Shown here: piece by piece, positions 1-11,736 of the stretch
Position numbering within the stretch: the stretch's first letter is position 1
How the letters are laid out: the number at the start of each line of letters is the position of its first letter
From: Squalus acanthias
Lineage: Eukaryota
Direction: 5' to 3'
Assembly (NCBI GenBank): GCA_030390025.1
Contig: CM059432.1
Location: 140,308,001-140,372,000 of the forward strand
DNA: 64,000 bases
Position numbers and translations under genes: made by a program
Notes under the pieces: generated by a model
What the model saw: only the letters and a program-made list of their open reading frames with translations
Databases searched by the model: none
Told to the model about the DNA's origin: nothing

Positions 1-30
1 GCCCGTTACACACCCGCCCGTTACACACCC
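1..30. repeat. Two tandem copies of the 15-mer gcccgttacacaccc at a contig edge
   Basis: Exact direct repeat abutting the N gap. Confidence 0.7.
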
Positions 31-530
31 NNNNNNNNNNNNNNNNNNNNNNNNNNNNNNNNNNNNNNNNNNNNNNNNNNNNNNNNNNNNNNNNNNNNNN
101 NNNNNNNNNNNNNNNNNNNNNNNNNNNNNNNNNNNNNNNNNNNNNNNNNNNNNNNNNNNNNNNNNNNNNNNNNNNNNNNNNNNNNNNNNNNNNNNNNNNN
201 NNNNNNNNNNNNNNNNNNNNNNNNNNNNNNNNNNNNNNNNNNNNNNNNNNNNNNNNNNNNNNNNNNNNNNNNNNNNNNNNNNNNNNNNNNNNNNNNNNNN
301 NNNNNNNNNNNNNNNNNNNNNNNNNNNNNNNNNNNNNNNNNNNNNNNNNNNNNNNNNNNNNNNNNNNNNNNNNNNNNNNNNNNNNNNNNNNNNNNNNNNN
401 NNNNNNNNNNNNNNNNNNNNNNNNNNNNNNNNNNNNNNNNNNNNNNNNNNNNNNNNNNNNNNNNNNNNNNNNNNNNNNNNNNNNNNNNNNNNNNNNNNNN
501 NNNNNNNNNNNNNNNNNNNNNNNNNNNNNN
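31..530. other. Assembly gap (500 N)
   Basis: Run of N. Confidence 1.
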
Positions 531-1602
531 GTGTGTGAGTGAGTGTGAGTGTGAGTGTGAGTGTGAGTGAGTGTGAGTGTGGGTGCGTGAGTGTGTGAGT
601 GAGTGTGAGTGTGTGAGTGAGTGTGTGAGTGTGAGTGAGTGTGTGTGAGTGTGAGTGTGTGAGTGTGTGTGTGAGTGAGTGTGAGTGTGTGTGAGTGAGT
701 GAGTGTGAGTGTGTGTGTGAGTGAGTGGGAGTGGGAGTGAGTGAGTGTGAGTGGGAGTGTGTGTGTGAGTGTGAGTGAGTGTGTGTGTGTGTGAGTGTGA
801 GTGTGAGTGTATGTGTGAGCGTGAGTGTGAGCATGAGTGTGAGTGTGACTGCATGTGTGAGTGTGAGTGTGAGTGTATGTGAGTGAGTGTATGTGTGAGT
901 GTGAGTGTGAGTGTGTGAGTGTGAGTGTATGTGTGAGTGTGATTGTGAGTGTGAGTGTATGTGTGAGTGTGTGTGTGAGTGTATGTGTGAGTGTGAGTGT
1001 GTGTGTGAGTGTGTGAGTGTGAGTGTGAGTGTGTGTGAGTGTGAGTGTGTGTGTGAGTGTGAGTGTGAGTAAGTGTGTGTGAGTGAGTGTGTGAGTGTGT
1101 GTGTGAGTGAGTGTGTGAGTGAGTGTGAGTGTATGTGTGAGTGTGAGTATGTGACTGTATGTGTGAGAGTGAGTGTGTGTGAGTAAGTGTGTGTGTGAGT
1201 GTGTGAGTGTGAGTGTGTGAGTGTGAGTGTGAGTAAGTGTGAGTGAGTGTGTGAGTGAGTGTGAGTGTGTGTGTGAGTGAGTGAGTGAGTATGAGTGAGT
1301 GTGAGTGTGAATGTGAGTAAGTGTGAGTGTGAGTGTGTGTGAGTGTGAGTGAGTGTGAGTGTGTGAGTGAGTGTGTGTGTGTGAATATGTACGTGAGTGT
1401 GAGTGTATGTGTGAGTGTGAGTGTGAGTGAGTGTGTGTGAGTGTGAGTGTATGTGTGAGTGTGTGTCTGAGTGTGAGTGAGAGTGAGTGTGTGTATGTGT
1501 GCGTGTGCAATTGTGTGAGTGTGTGTGAGTGTATGTGTGCGTGTGCACGTGTATGTGCGTGTGTGTGTGAGGGTGTGTGAGTGTGTGCGTGTGCACGTGT
1601 GT

Positions 1603-1633
<31 letters not shown>

Positions 1634-1761
1634 AGTTTGTGTGAGTGTGTGAGTGTGTGCGTGTATGTGTGTATGTGTGTGAGTGTGTGTGGGGTGTGCG
1701 TGTGCACGTGTATGTGTGTATGTGTGTGAGGGTGTGTGAGTGTGTGCGTGTGCACGTGTGT

Positions 1762-1792
<31 letters not shown>

Positions 1793-3484
1793 AGTTTGTG
1801 TGAGTGTGTGAGTGTGTGTGTGTGAGTGTGAGTGTGAGTGTGAGTGTGTGAGTGTATGTGTTTGCATGTGAGTGTGAGTGTGAGTGTATGTGTTTGCGTG
1901 TGTGTGAGTGTGAGTGTGTGTGTGAGTTGTGTGTGTGTGTGTGTGAGTGTGTGAGTGTGAGTGTGTGTGTGTGTGTGTGAGTGTGTGTGTGTGAGTGTGT
2001 GAGTGTGAGTGTGTGTGTGAGTGTGAGTGTGAGTGTGTGAGTGTCTGAGTGTGAGTGTCTGAGTGTGAGTATGTGTGTGAGAGTGTGTGTGTGTGAGAGT
2101 GTGTGTGTGTGTGAGTGTGTGTGTGAGTGTGTGAGTGTGAATGTGAGTGTGTGAGTGTGTGTGTGTGAGTGTGTGAGTGTGAGTGTGTATGTGTGTGTGT
2201 GAGTTTTTGTGTGAGTGTGTGTGTGTGAGTGTGTATGTGTGTGTGTCTGTGTGTGTGAGTGTGAGTGTGTGAGTGAGTTTTTGTGTGAGTGTGAGTGTGT
2301 GAGTGTGTGTGTGTGTGAGTGTGAGTGTATGTGTTTGCATGTGAGTGTGAGTGTGTGTGAGTGTGAGTGTGTGTGTGTGAGTGTGTGAGTGTGTGTCTGA
2401 GTGTGAGTGAGAGTGAGTGTGTGTATGTGTGCGTGTGCAATTGTGTGAGTGTGTGTGAGTGTATGTGTGCGTGTGCACGTGTGTGTGTGAGTGTGTGCGT
2501 GTATGTGTGTATGTGTGTGAGTGTGTGTGGGGTGTGTGAGTGTGTGCGTGTGCACGTGTATGTGTGTATGTGTGTGAGTGTGTGTGGGGTGTGTGAGTGT
2601 GTGCGTGTGCACGTGTGTGTGTGAGTGTGTGTGTGTGTGTGTGTGAGTTTTTGTGTGTGAGTGTGAGTGTGTGAGTGTGAGTGTGAGTGTGTGAGTGTGT
2701 GTGTGTGTGAGTGTGAGTGTGAGTGTGTGAGTGTATGTGTTTGCATGTGAGTGTGAGTGTGTGTGAGTGTGTGTGAGTGTGAGTGTATGTGTTTGTGAGT
2801 GTGAGTGTGTGTGTGAGTTGTGTGTGTGTATGTGTGTGTGAGTGTGTGTGTGAGGTGTGTGAGGTGTGTGTGTGTGTGAGTGTGTGAGTGTGAGTGTGTG
2901 TGTGTGTGTGAGTGTGTGTGTGTGAGTGTGTGAGTGTGAGTTTTTGTGTGTGTGTGAGTGTGAGTGTGAGTGTGTGAGTGTCTGAGTGTGAGTATGTGTG
3001 TGAGAGTGTGTGTGAGTGTGTGAGTGTGAATGTGAGTGTGTGAGTGTGTGTGTGTGAGTGTGTGAGTGTGAGTGTGTATGTGTGTGTGTGAGTTTTTGTG
3101 TGAGTGTGTGTGTGAGTGTGTATGTGTGTGTGTGTGTGTGTCTGTGTGTGTGAGTGTGTGAGTGTGAGTGTGTGAGTGTGAGTTTTTGTGTGAGTGTGAG
3201 TGTGTGAGTGTGTGTGAGTGTGAGTGTATGTGTTTGCATGTGAGTGTGAGTGTCTGTGAGTGTGAGTGTGTGTGTGAGTGTGTGACTGAGTGTGTGAGTG
3301 TGTGTGTGTGAGTGTGAGTGTATGTGTTTGCGTGTGAGTGTGTGAGTGTGTGTGTGTGAGTGTGTGTGTGTGTGAGTGTGTGTGTGTGTGTGTGTGAGAG
3401 TGTGAGTGTGTGTGTGAGGTGTGTGAGTGTGTGTATGTGAGGTGTGTGTGTGTGAGGTGTGTGTGTGTGTGTGTGTGTGAGTGT
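531..3484. repeat. Compound (GT)n/(GAGT)n/(GAGTGT)n microsatellite with higher-order duplications
   Basis: About 3 kb almost entirely of GT/GA dinucleotides. Confidence 0.98.
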
Positions 3485-3575
3485 GCCATGCTGTTGTATG
3501 GTCATGCATACTAAGCATTCAAAGGGCCGTAAGGTTGCGTGAAAGCTTTAGAGGGATGAGCAACAAAAGTATAAT

Positions 3576-4317
3576 GGGCCGAAAATTGATCCCGGTGCGC
3601 GAGAGTACGCACTGCGTACTCTCGCGTATTCCCACTCCAATTGCCGGTTTTCTGCATGCCCTGCGCATGCGCTGAAAACCGGCAATTGCTCTTTTGAAAA
3701 GGGGGCGGGTCCTGGGTGCATCGTGTGCGCGCTACAGGCTGTGCGCACGCTGTGCACTTCATGCTTTGGACGCGCAGGTAAGTAGGGAAGATTTTGGAAA
3801 TGTAAAAAGGAGGAGTAAGACCCGCTTTTAAGAAGGTAAGTAGTGAATTAAGTATTTTTTTGAATTTTTTTTTACAGGTATATCTTTTTTAGAGACTTTA
3901 AAGACAGGTAAGTTTATTTTTATAACTTTTTAAAAGATTTTAAATTTTTTCAAAAATTTAATTTTTTATTTAAAATGGTTAATTTAATTAACTATACTTA
4001 TTTTATTAATGTGATGGTTTTTTTTTAATTTAATTGAGGTTTAGCTGTTATTTTGGGGGGGTGTAAGATTCATAGATTTCACAGCAGGTCTGTGAAACTT
4101 ATGAATGGAAGATGGTGTGCTGCCATTGGCTCTAACTGAGTCACGTGATCCCACAGCTCGCACGAATTCACTACGCCGCTGGGATACGCAAGCCCAGCAC
4201 AGTTGATGTCTGGAACATCAAGTTCGTGCGAGCTGGATCTGAAAAAGCACAAGCGAGGTGAGACATCGCGGGGAAGGCTTACCCCCGCGGGAACAGAGCG
4301 AGATCAATTTCTGGGCC
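3576..4317 (+). mobile_element. MITE family A, copy 1 (PIF/Harbinger-type non-autonomous DNA transposon)
   Basis: TIRs gggccgaaaatt / aatttctgggcc, AAT on both flanks; collinear with copies at 15273, 18584 and 23632. Confidence 0.9.
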
Positions 4318-4701
4318 AATGGGTTCTTTGAAGTATTTATACGTGGGGCAGATATTTGCTATGGTATCTGCTGGGTACCATTAACTTGGCACCTCTCCCC
4401 AGGCTTGTCATCTCTCATCTTTGCGGTCAGGCCCCCTGGTGTTGCCGAGTGCAATAAATCTGGCAGCCATCTCCTATCTCCTGCCAGGCGTTTCTGATGA
4501 CTCTTGTAGAGGGAGAACATCCTTCAGTGCCAAACAGGACAACCCCCCTGTGTCTCACTGCGTGCATGAGCAACCCAAGGACATCTTCCATAAATAGGCT
4601 CAAGCTCTCTCAGCAATATGCCTTTCGTGAGAAATAGCGTGAAGCATTAAACCCCCTCCCTTCAGTTCATATGAGGTGGAAGTTTAATTCAGAGGATTTA
4701 T

Positions 4702-4975
4702 TGTAGAATCACACAGCACAGAAGGAGGCCATTCGGCCCATCGTGCCTGTGCCGGCTCTTTGAAAGAGCGATCCAATTAGGCCCACTCCCCTGCTTTCCC
4801 CATAGACCTGCAAATTTTCTCCCCTTATATTATTTATCCAATTTCCTTTTGAAAGTTACTATTGAATCTGCTTCCACCGCCCTTTCAGGCAGCGCATTCC
4901 AGGTCATGACAACTCGCTGTGTAAAATAATTCTCCTCGTCTCCCCCTCAGGTTCCTTTGCCAATTGCCTTGGGAT
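4702..4975 (-). mobile_element. CR1 LINE 3' end fragment
   Basis: Reverse complement of the CR1 3' ends at 17905-18295 and 29450-29933. Confidence 0.8.
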
Positions 4976-5719
4976 TATTTCCGTCCAACTGAGAGGGCAG
5001 ACGGGGCCTCGATTTAACGTCTCACCTAAAAGACGGATACAGTAAACAAAAACAATCGAACTCAGGTAAGCGCACATTATTCGAACTGTTCGACTCCTCC
5101 ACCTCACTTTCTGTTGTTTATTCTCCTTCTTTGGGCCCCGCAGTGACATAGACCTTTGTGTTTGAGAGGACACGCGGATTAGCTGCTCGGAGATTTGGTT
5201 CAGTGGCACCAGCCGCAAGAAGATGTCTATGAGAAGGTCCCAGGTCCCAGTAGCTTTCCCTCCAAAGCCACCGTTGATTGCCTTACCTGCTGTGCCGACT
5301 GAGACTGGGGATCGCAGGCACAAATGACTGCCCTATGCTCTCAGAGTGCAGTACGCCAGTGTTTTAACATGCTGTACTACCGCACCCATTACATTACACC
5401 GAGTTTGTAAGTAAATCACCACCATGCATAACATACTTGTACCTTTAGTAATCCGGTCATTTAGTTTCTATTGATAAAATAGCTCAGATTTGTTTGGACC
5501 ATTTGAGAAAAAAATCTGCAAGGGCAGGTATGTTTCTAACCACAAGAGTTTCTAAACACTGTCAGCTGTGTAGCCTAATTTGGCTGCAGCGCCTCTATCG
5601 CTGGATAAGAGATTAGCTGAGGCACGGAAAGAAATCTGTACTTGTTAGGGGAGAGATTTTGTGGTGCAGGTTAGAGTTAATTGGAACGCGATCTTTAATT
5701 CCTGGGTTGATGGTGTTAG

Positions 5720-5860
5720 TGACCCGATTTCCTTCGCTCCACCACTGGCGGTCGTACCTTCAGCCGTCAAGGCCCTCGACCCTGGAATTCCCTCGCTAAA
5801 CCTCTCCGCCTCTCCACCTCTCTTGCCTCCTTCAAAATGCTCCTTAGAACCTGCCTGAAC
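5720..5860 (+). mobile_element. L2 LINE 3' fragment
   Basis: Similar to the L2 ends at 22797 and 62705 (ctggaattccctc, aaacctctccgcctc). Confidence 0.7.
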
Positions 5861-6036
5861 TCAACCCTACTCCCACTGGAGTCCACCTTCCAGCACGAGT
5901 CACTGGATAGCAATCGAGAGCATAAACGCTGGCTGATTTTTCCTTCCTTATCTCTGGAACATTGGGATCAATGGTAGCACCCATAACTGCACCCCATCCA
6001 AGGTCTCACAAACTCAGGAGAGAGTGTGACTGTTGC

Positions 6037-6290
6037 GCCTCCCCGATTTCCTTTGCCCCACCATTAGCGGCCGTGTCTTCAGCTTTCGAGGCCCCAAGCT
6101 CTGGAATTCCCTCCCTAAGTCTCTCCGCCTCGCTACCTCTCTCTCCTCCTTTAAGACGCTCCTCAAAACCTACCTCTTTGACCAATATCTCCTTATGTGG
6201 CTCGGTTTCAAATTTTGACTCCTGTGAAGCGACTTGGGACGTTTTACTATGTTAAAGGCTCAATATAAATACAAGTTGCTGTTGTTGTTG
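6037..6290 (+). mobile_element. L2 LINE 3' end
   Basis: Encodes GRVFSFRGPKLWNSLP...FKTLLKTYLF, the L2 ORF2 C-terminus; (TTG)n tail. Confidence 0.85.
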
Positions 6291-7249
6291 AACTCAATGT
6301 ACTATTGAGCACGTACAGAATTCAAGATGTAGTCCCAATCTACCAGCAAGCACATGGAGATATTGTTGTATCAGAGAAAGGTGAAGTGCCCTACATATAA
6401 CCAGGCCACTTGTGCCTTCCAGATAAGTATACTGAGTACATTAACGACACTTTTTAAAAGTATCTAATCCAGATCATCTTAATGAAGTAGTCAACTTTGG
6501 CATTACAATCCTTTTGCAAAGTATGGATTCAGTCTCTGTCAAACTCCAACTCATGAGGAACAAAGGCAAACGCACCAACTATAAAAATGATGAAACTATC
6601 ATCTTTTCATGTTGCATTGGCTGCTGTAAGTGATTTTCAATTTACTGTTTTCTTCATCACATCAGTCAGTAACACTCAATCTGTCAGTTCCTGGTGTAGT
6701 CAAACTCTTGCAATTGTGAAAGTGTACGACAGTAAACAAGAGTTCATAATAAAAGGGCTCTACTATTTCCCAATCATTTTACATGAGACACGCTAATGCA
6801 ACCCGTCAAAATGCTCGCTTCTCAGCCTCCTTCAAAAAATAGAATGTCGTCTCCCAGCCAATTCTGTGAAGGCTGAGGACAAAGGCAGCACTTAATCAGG
6901 CACTGTGATTTTGGCTGTCAGCATTTCTCAAAGGGACCATTAAGTGCTGTTTCTGAAGAAGGCTCCAGCTCTTTAACGACTATGTGCAGCTTGTGAGAAG
7001 AGGGAGGTATGTCAGAGGTGAATTTGCTTGTTTTTGTTGTTTTTTTCAGCGCTGAAATTGGTTCTCCGCTGCCTCCAGTGCACTTAGAACGTGGCTACCA
7101 CCACAGGCGAGTGAGGTAGGTCTAAAGGAAGAGCACCGAGGATCTGAACAGACACAGGGTGCACCATTTGCCTGAGTAAGAGAGCACAATGCTACATGTG
7201 CAGTGCCACTTTCCATGGCCCCCAGTCATTGCAGGTATATTTGCAGAGG

Positions 7250-7386
7250 GACAAGGAGGGAGAAAGGAATAGAAGGTTATGCTGATAGGGTGAGATGAAG
7301 TAGGGGTGGGAGGAGGCCGGTGTGGAGCATAAACACCAGCATAGACCAGTTGGGCCGAATGGCCTGTTTCCGTGCTGTGATTCTAT
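7250..7386 (+). mobile_element. CR1 LINE 3' tail
   Basis: Matches tails at 33700-33820, 40620-40740 and 52000-52110. Confidence 0.75.
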
Positions 7387-8036
7387 GGGCTGGATTTTGA
7401 TACTGGGGCGGGTTGGGGTCGTGTTATCCACCCGACTGCAATTGGATGTGGGAGATTGATGCGATTTTCACCTAATTGGGCAATTGAGTTCCAGCATGTG
7501 GGAACCCATGACCCAATTAGTGTTTTCAGTCTGAAAGTCGCCTCTGATGATGTCATCATTGCTGCTGCATTGAAGGTCTTCAAAGACTGCCTGGCCTTTG
7601 CTGTGAGAGGACCTGCAAAATGAGCAGCAGCAGCCCTAAGTCTGCTCCCAGATATTTTTACACCACCACTCCCAGATATGTCTCCTCCCCATCCATCCAC
7701 ATATGCATCCCCACAGCCAGCCAGCACTATCCAAATGTGCTCCCACCAGGTTTCACAATCGTGGTTCAGAACAGGCGTGCTTCACGTAGAACAAGGGTTA
7801 AAATCACAAAGGCCTTTCAAAATGGCATTATAGAGCCAATTTAGTGCTTGTTAAGGGCCTTAACAACCTATCCCGCCTCTTAGAGGCGGGACGGAGTCGG
7901 GACCAGCAGACATGATTTAATGAAAATTGCATGGAGGCGGGATGGAGGCGGACTTGTGCCCGCCCGCCAGTTTTTGCAATTTTAGCCCCCCACACGCCTC
8001 CAAACCCACCTCCACGGGTCAATGAAAATCCAGCCC
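7387..8036. mobile_element. Harbinger-type MITE
   Basis: 12-bp TIR gggctggatttt / aaaatccagccc; flanks tat / tgt. Confidence 0.85.
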
Positions 8037-8252
8037 TGTGTATGTATTATTGTGTACACGCATTGTCAGCACTGGGAAAAAATGTTTTGTGGCCAATAAC
8101 CTTCTCCAGCGTCAGAAAAGCATCTGCACAGGCCAGCAATACAAAAGTTGCACTTCTTGTTTATTATGGCGGGTTTTTCAATGGGTGGGCGCTTCGCTCC
8201 GCCAGATTACCACCCAACTGGTGAAGGTGAAAGATCCCAAACCCCCCTCCAT

Positions 8253-8680
8253 CTTTTTTTATTCATTCTCGGGATGTGGGCGTCGCTGGCAAGGCCGGCA
8301 TTTACTACCCATCCCTATTTGCCCTCGAGAAGGTGGCGCTGAGCCGCCTTCTTGAACTGCTGCAGTCCGTATGGTGAAGGTACTCCCACAGTGCTGTTAG
8401 GTAGGGAGTGCCAGGATTTTAACCCAGCGACGATGAAGGATCTATGTCCAAGTCGGGATGGTGTTAGACTCAGAGGAGAAATTGGAGGTGGTGGTGTTCC
8501 CGTGCGCCTGCTGCCCTTGTCCTTCTAGGTGGTGGAGGTCGCGGGTTTGGGAGGTGCTGCCGAAGAAGCCTTGGCGAGTTGCTGCAGTCCATCCTGTAGA
8601 CGGTACACACTGCAGCCACGGTACGCCGGTGGTGGAGGGAAGTGAATGTTTAAGATGGTGGATGGGCTGTCGATCAAGGG
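8253..8680 (-). mobile_element. LINE 3' end (CR1/L2 group; same family as 35950-36912 and 57887-58230)
   Basis: Direct similarity to the RT-encoding copy at 35950-36912. Confidence 0.8.
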
Positions 8681-8980
8681 GAGATTCACAAAAAGGGAGA
8701 ATGTTCAAAGTAAATTAGTCACAACAGCAGTGAACTACAGTAAAAAAAAAACACCCAAAGCAAGTGTGCTGCCCCCAGCACAGATCACTGGAATGAAACG
8801 ACGGAGATTAACCCTTTCGAGTACTGAATGGCTTTTGGAACTTGCGTGCTTGTTAACTTCCAAAAATGATTTTTCTCCCCTCAGTTCCTGCAGTACGGTT
8901 GCATTGATGCCGGGCATCCCATGGTATCTCACGCCAATAGTCAATTTTCAGGTGTGAGCCCTGAGTGTGTGTTGTCAGTC

Positions 8981-9253
8981 GGGTCGCCAACTCTGGTTGG
9001 ACGCATTCCTGGAAGTTTCATCACATGACCTCCCGCCTCCACCCACCCCGCCCCCACCCCAACAGCCTTTTAACCCATCTCCGACAATTTTTATAACCGA
9101 TCGACAAGCTTGTTCAAAGAAAATTTTAAGAAAACGCACAATTTATTTTAACACAGCTATGCGTTTTCTCCCGGGTGTTGCTCACAGCAGCATCCAGGAG
9201 ATTAACCTTTAATCCCTGGAGACTCCAGGGCAATCCTGGAGGGTTGGCAACCC
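8981..9253. mobile_element. Short MITE, superfamily unassigned
   Basis: 11-bp TIR gggtcgccaac / gttggcaaccc with one mismatch. Confidence 0.7.
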
Positions 9254-9964
9254 CTAGTTGTCAGGCTATTCAAATGTAAGGGGGGAGAGGGAAAGCTATC
9301 ACCCTGATCACCCAACGTCCAGCCATATTCGCTTTCCAGTAAGGTCCACTGGATAACAGTCTGGGGCACGGAGCCCTGGCTGATTTGGTTGCCTGGCTTC
9401 ATCCGCTGCCATACCAGAAATCAAGCAACTCAGCACAGAGCATGGATCCTGTGACCTTCTGATTTGTATGCCTTAGGCTTAGGACTATACCGTTCCCCAC
9501 TAAGCACTGGGGGTGGGGGGGGGACGGGAATGCTGATCTAAGCGATTGAATGTTTCGGTCTATTTTGATTATTTTGGGCGATTTCGAGCATTCTTGAAAA
9601 TGAAGCTGAATAAAGTGTTAATTTTATGTCAAACTAGTAATGCAAACGTGGCCATTGCGGTCAGCGACACCAACCAGCAAAACGTTTCATCTATGACATC
9701 CCTCTGTCTGCTGATTTCGCAGAGGCAAGATAATAAACGAGCTAATGCCTCCACTGAAATGCCAGAGGAATGCCGCATGAACAAAAGTAATTGTGTGTCT
9801 GCTGATATCCGTAACAGGAATCTCCGGGCTGTGCTGGCACTGGGAGCAGCAGTGGCTGTGGTGTTTGTGCGATGTCAGGGATCTGAGTTGAGGCAGATTG
9901 TGTCTGGGTTGCTCTACTTGCTTGTAAAAAATGGAGTTTGGGGCTGAAAATCTGCCTGGGCTGC

Positions 9965-11335
9965 ATCATACGAACAATGACGGACAGGAAAAGACCCTCT
10001 GGTCCATCCACCCTGTGCATCTTTAGTTCCCCTGGTCCTCCCTAACCTATTTAATTGGCACAAACCGTCAACTCAAACACAATGGGGGGGAATTTTCCCA
10101 GCCCTGGGGAGGCGGTTATGGAGGCGGGACTGCCAGGAAAATGGCAGAAACTGGGAACGGGTACCGACCCCACTCCCAACCCACCGCCGTGCCATCTTCC
10201 CAGGAGGCGGGTCCCCGACGCGCGCAGGGACCCGTCTCCTCGAGGCGGGAAGGGGATTACAGCCAATTAACTGCCTGTTAACAGGAAGTTAACAGGCAGT
10301 TAAGAGGCTTATCCCCATTTTACCCCTGCAAGTGCGGGCATCCCGACGGCTGTGAACCTCGCCAGGGTCAGCGAGGCGAGCAGTAGGGTCTGCGGGGGTG
10401 AGAGGGATCGAAAGGTCCGCTGTAGAGGTGAGTGATGGCTGCAAGTGTGGACAGGTAAGTATGAGAGGTGAGTGTAAAGTGCTAGAAAAAGTTTCCTTAC
10501 CGTTGCTTCTTTCTGCAGGCTTCAACTCTTGGGGATCCGGAGGTGCCTCATCTCAACGGCAGAGATGACAGAATGGCTGCTGCATTCTCAGATGCAGCAG
10601 CCATCTGCTTTCTGCTGAGGAGAGAGGTTTTGGTGAGCCTTCTATGCAAGGGCTCACCTTAGAACAGAGATTGTCAGTGTTTGACAGCTTCTCAAAGCTG
10701 TCAAACGCTGACAATTCATCTGTCAAAAAATTTTCGACAGATGAAATGTCATACGCTGACGTCCTCTGTCACCGGCTTTCCCTTAATTGGCCGGTAAGCC
10801 CGCAGGGCCGGTTTAACAAGGTCAATCAAGGGAAAATAGCGTGGGTTGGTCAGACGTCATTGGGGGCGGGACTGAAACCCGAAAACCAGCAGTCCCGCCC
10901 CCAACGCGCCCCCATTGACAAAATCCAGCCCAATCTATTTCCTTCATCATCTTATAAACCTTGATCCAATCACCCCTAAGTCTACGCTTCTCTAAAATGT
11001 AGAGGCCCAGCTCTTTTAGCCTATCTTTATAACTAAGATGCTTCAAACTGGAGATTAGTCTAGTGGCCCTCCTCCGCACCCTGTCCAAAGCCTCAATATC
11101 ACCCACCATGTGAGGAGACCAAACAGTATTCGAACTGAGGCCTGACAAAGGTCTTGTACAAGGACAAAATAATATGCTTTGTCTTATGGTCAATTGCCCT
11201 TTAAAATGCACCACAGCACCCTTTTCGCTCTAGCTATCGCTTCATGGCATTGCTCATGAACCTTTAGCGATCTATGCACTAGAACGCCAAGATCGCTTTC
11301 TTTCTCTACCTACTTTAATGTTTTTCCCTGGTGGG
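9965..11335 (-). mobile_element. CR1-type LINE fragment interrupted by MITE B
   Basis: Encodes VWSPH...ALDRVRRRATRLI...LSYKDRLKELGLYILEKRRLRGD; frame breaks at the MITE edge (10931); probable tail near 9965-10030. Confidence 0.7.
10084..10931 (+). mobile_element. MITE family B, copy 1 (Harbinger-type)
   Basis: Ends ggggggaatttt / aaaatccagccc, AAT TSD; inverted homologue at 34206-34974; several internal hairpins. Confidence 0.9.
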
Positions 11336-11736
11336 TGTATGCATGTTCAGCATTCACCCTGCCCACGTGCATACCACTGCATCGTGGCGTAAGTGCTGGG
11401 ATGCGGTGACGTAGGACCGTCGGTGATGACTCGGCGAAAATTCGTGGGGTTGGTATTGGGCTCAAGGAGGCCCAAAATAATCCTAAAAATTTTTTTTAAG
11501 TTCTCGAGGAGTCTAGGCAATGCTCCCATATGTGTAACCCTAAGTGTGCCACAACCGCCAACTGGCTGCTTGCTTTCCCTTGGCATACTGATCGCTGATC
11601 CTGTGCCCGGCTACTCCCAGGCTGCAACACTGGTGCACCCGGCCTCGGAAGTCCCTGGCCTCGGCCCCAGTCCTCAGTGCAACACTGTCATTCAACAAGA
11701 GCTGGATGCACCTCCCAGTAGAGTATGCTGATTGTG

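Noticed and set aside
21..3518. 1165-aa His/Thr-rich ORF
   Set aside because: Translation of a CA-type microsatellite plus the N gap.
9546..9947. 133-aa ORF in unique sequence
   Set aside because: TTG start, no recognisable domain, no supporting splice structure.
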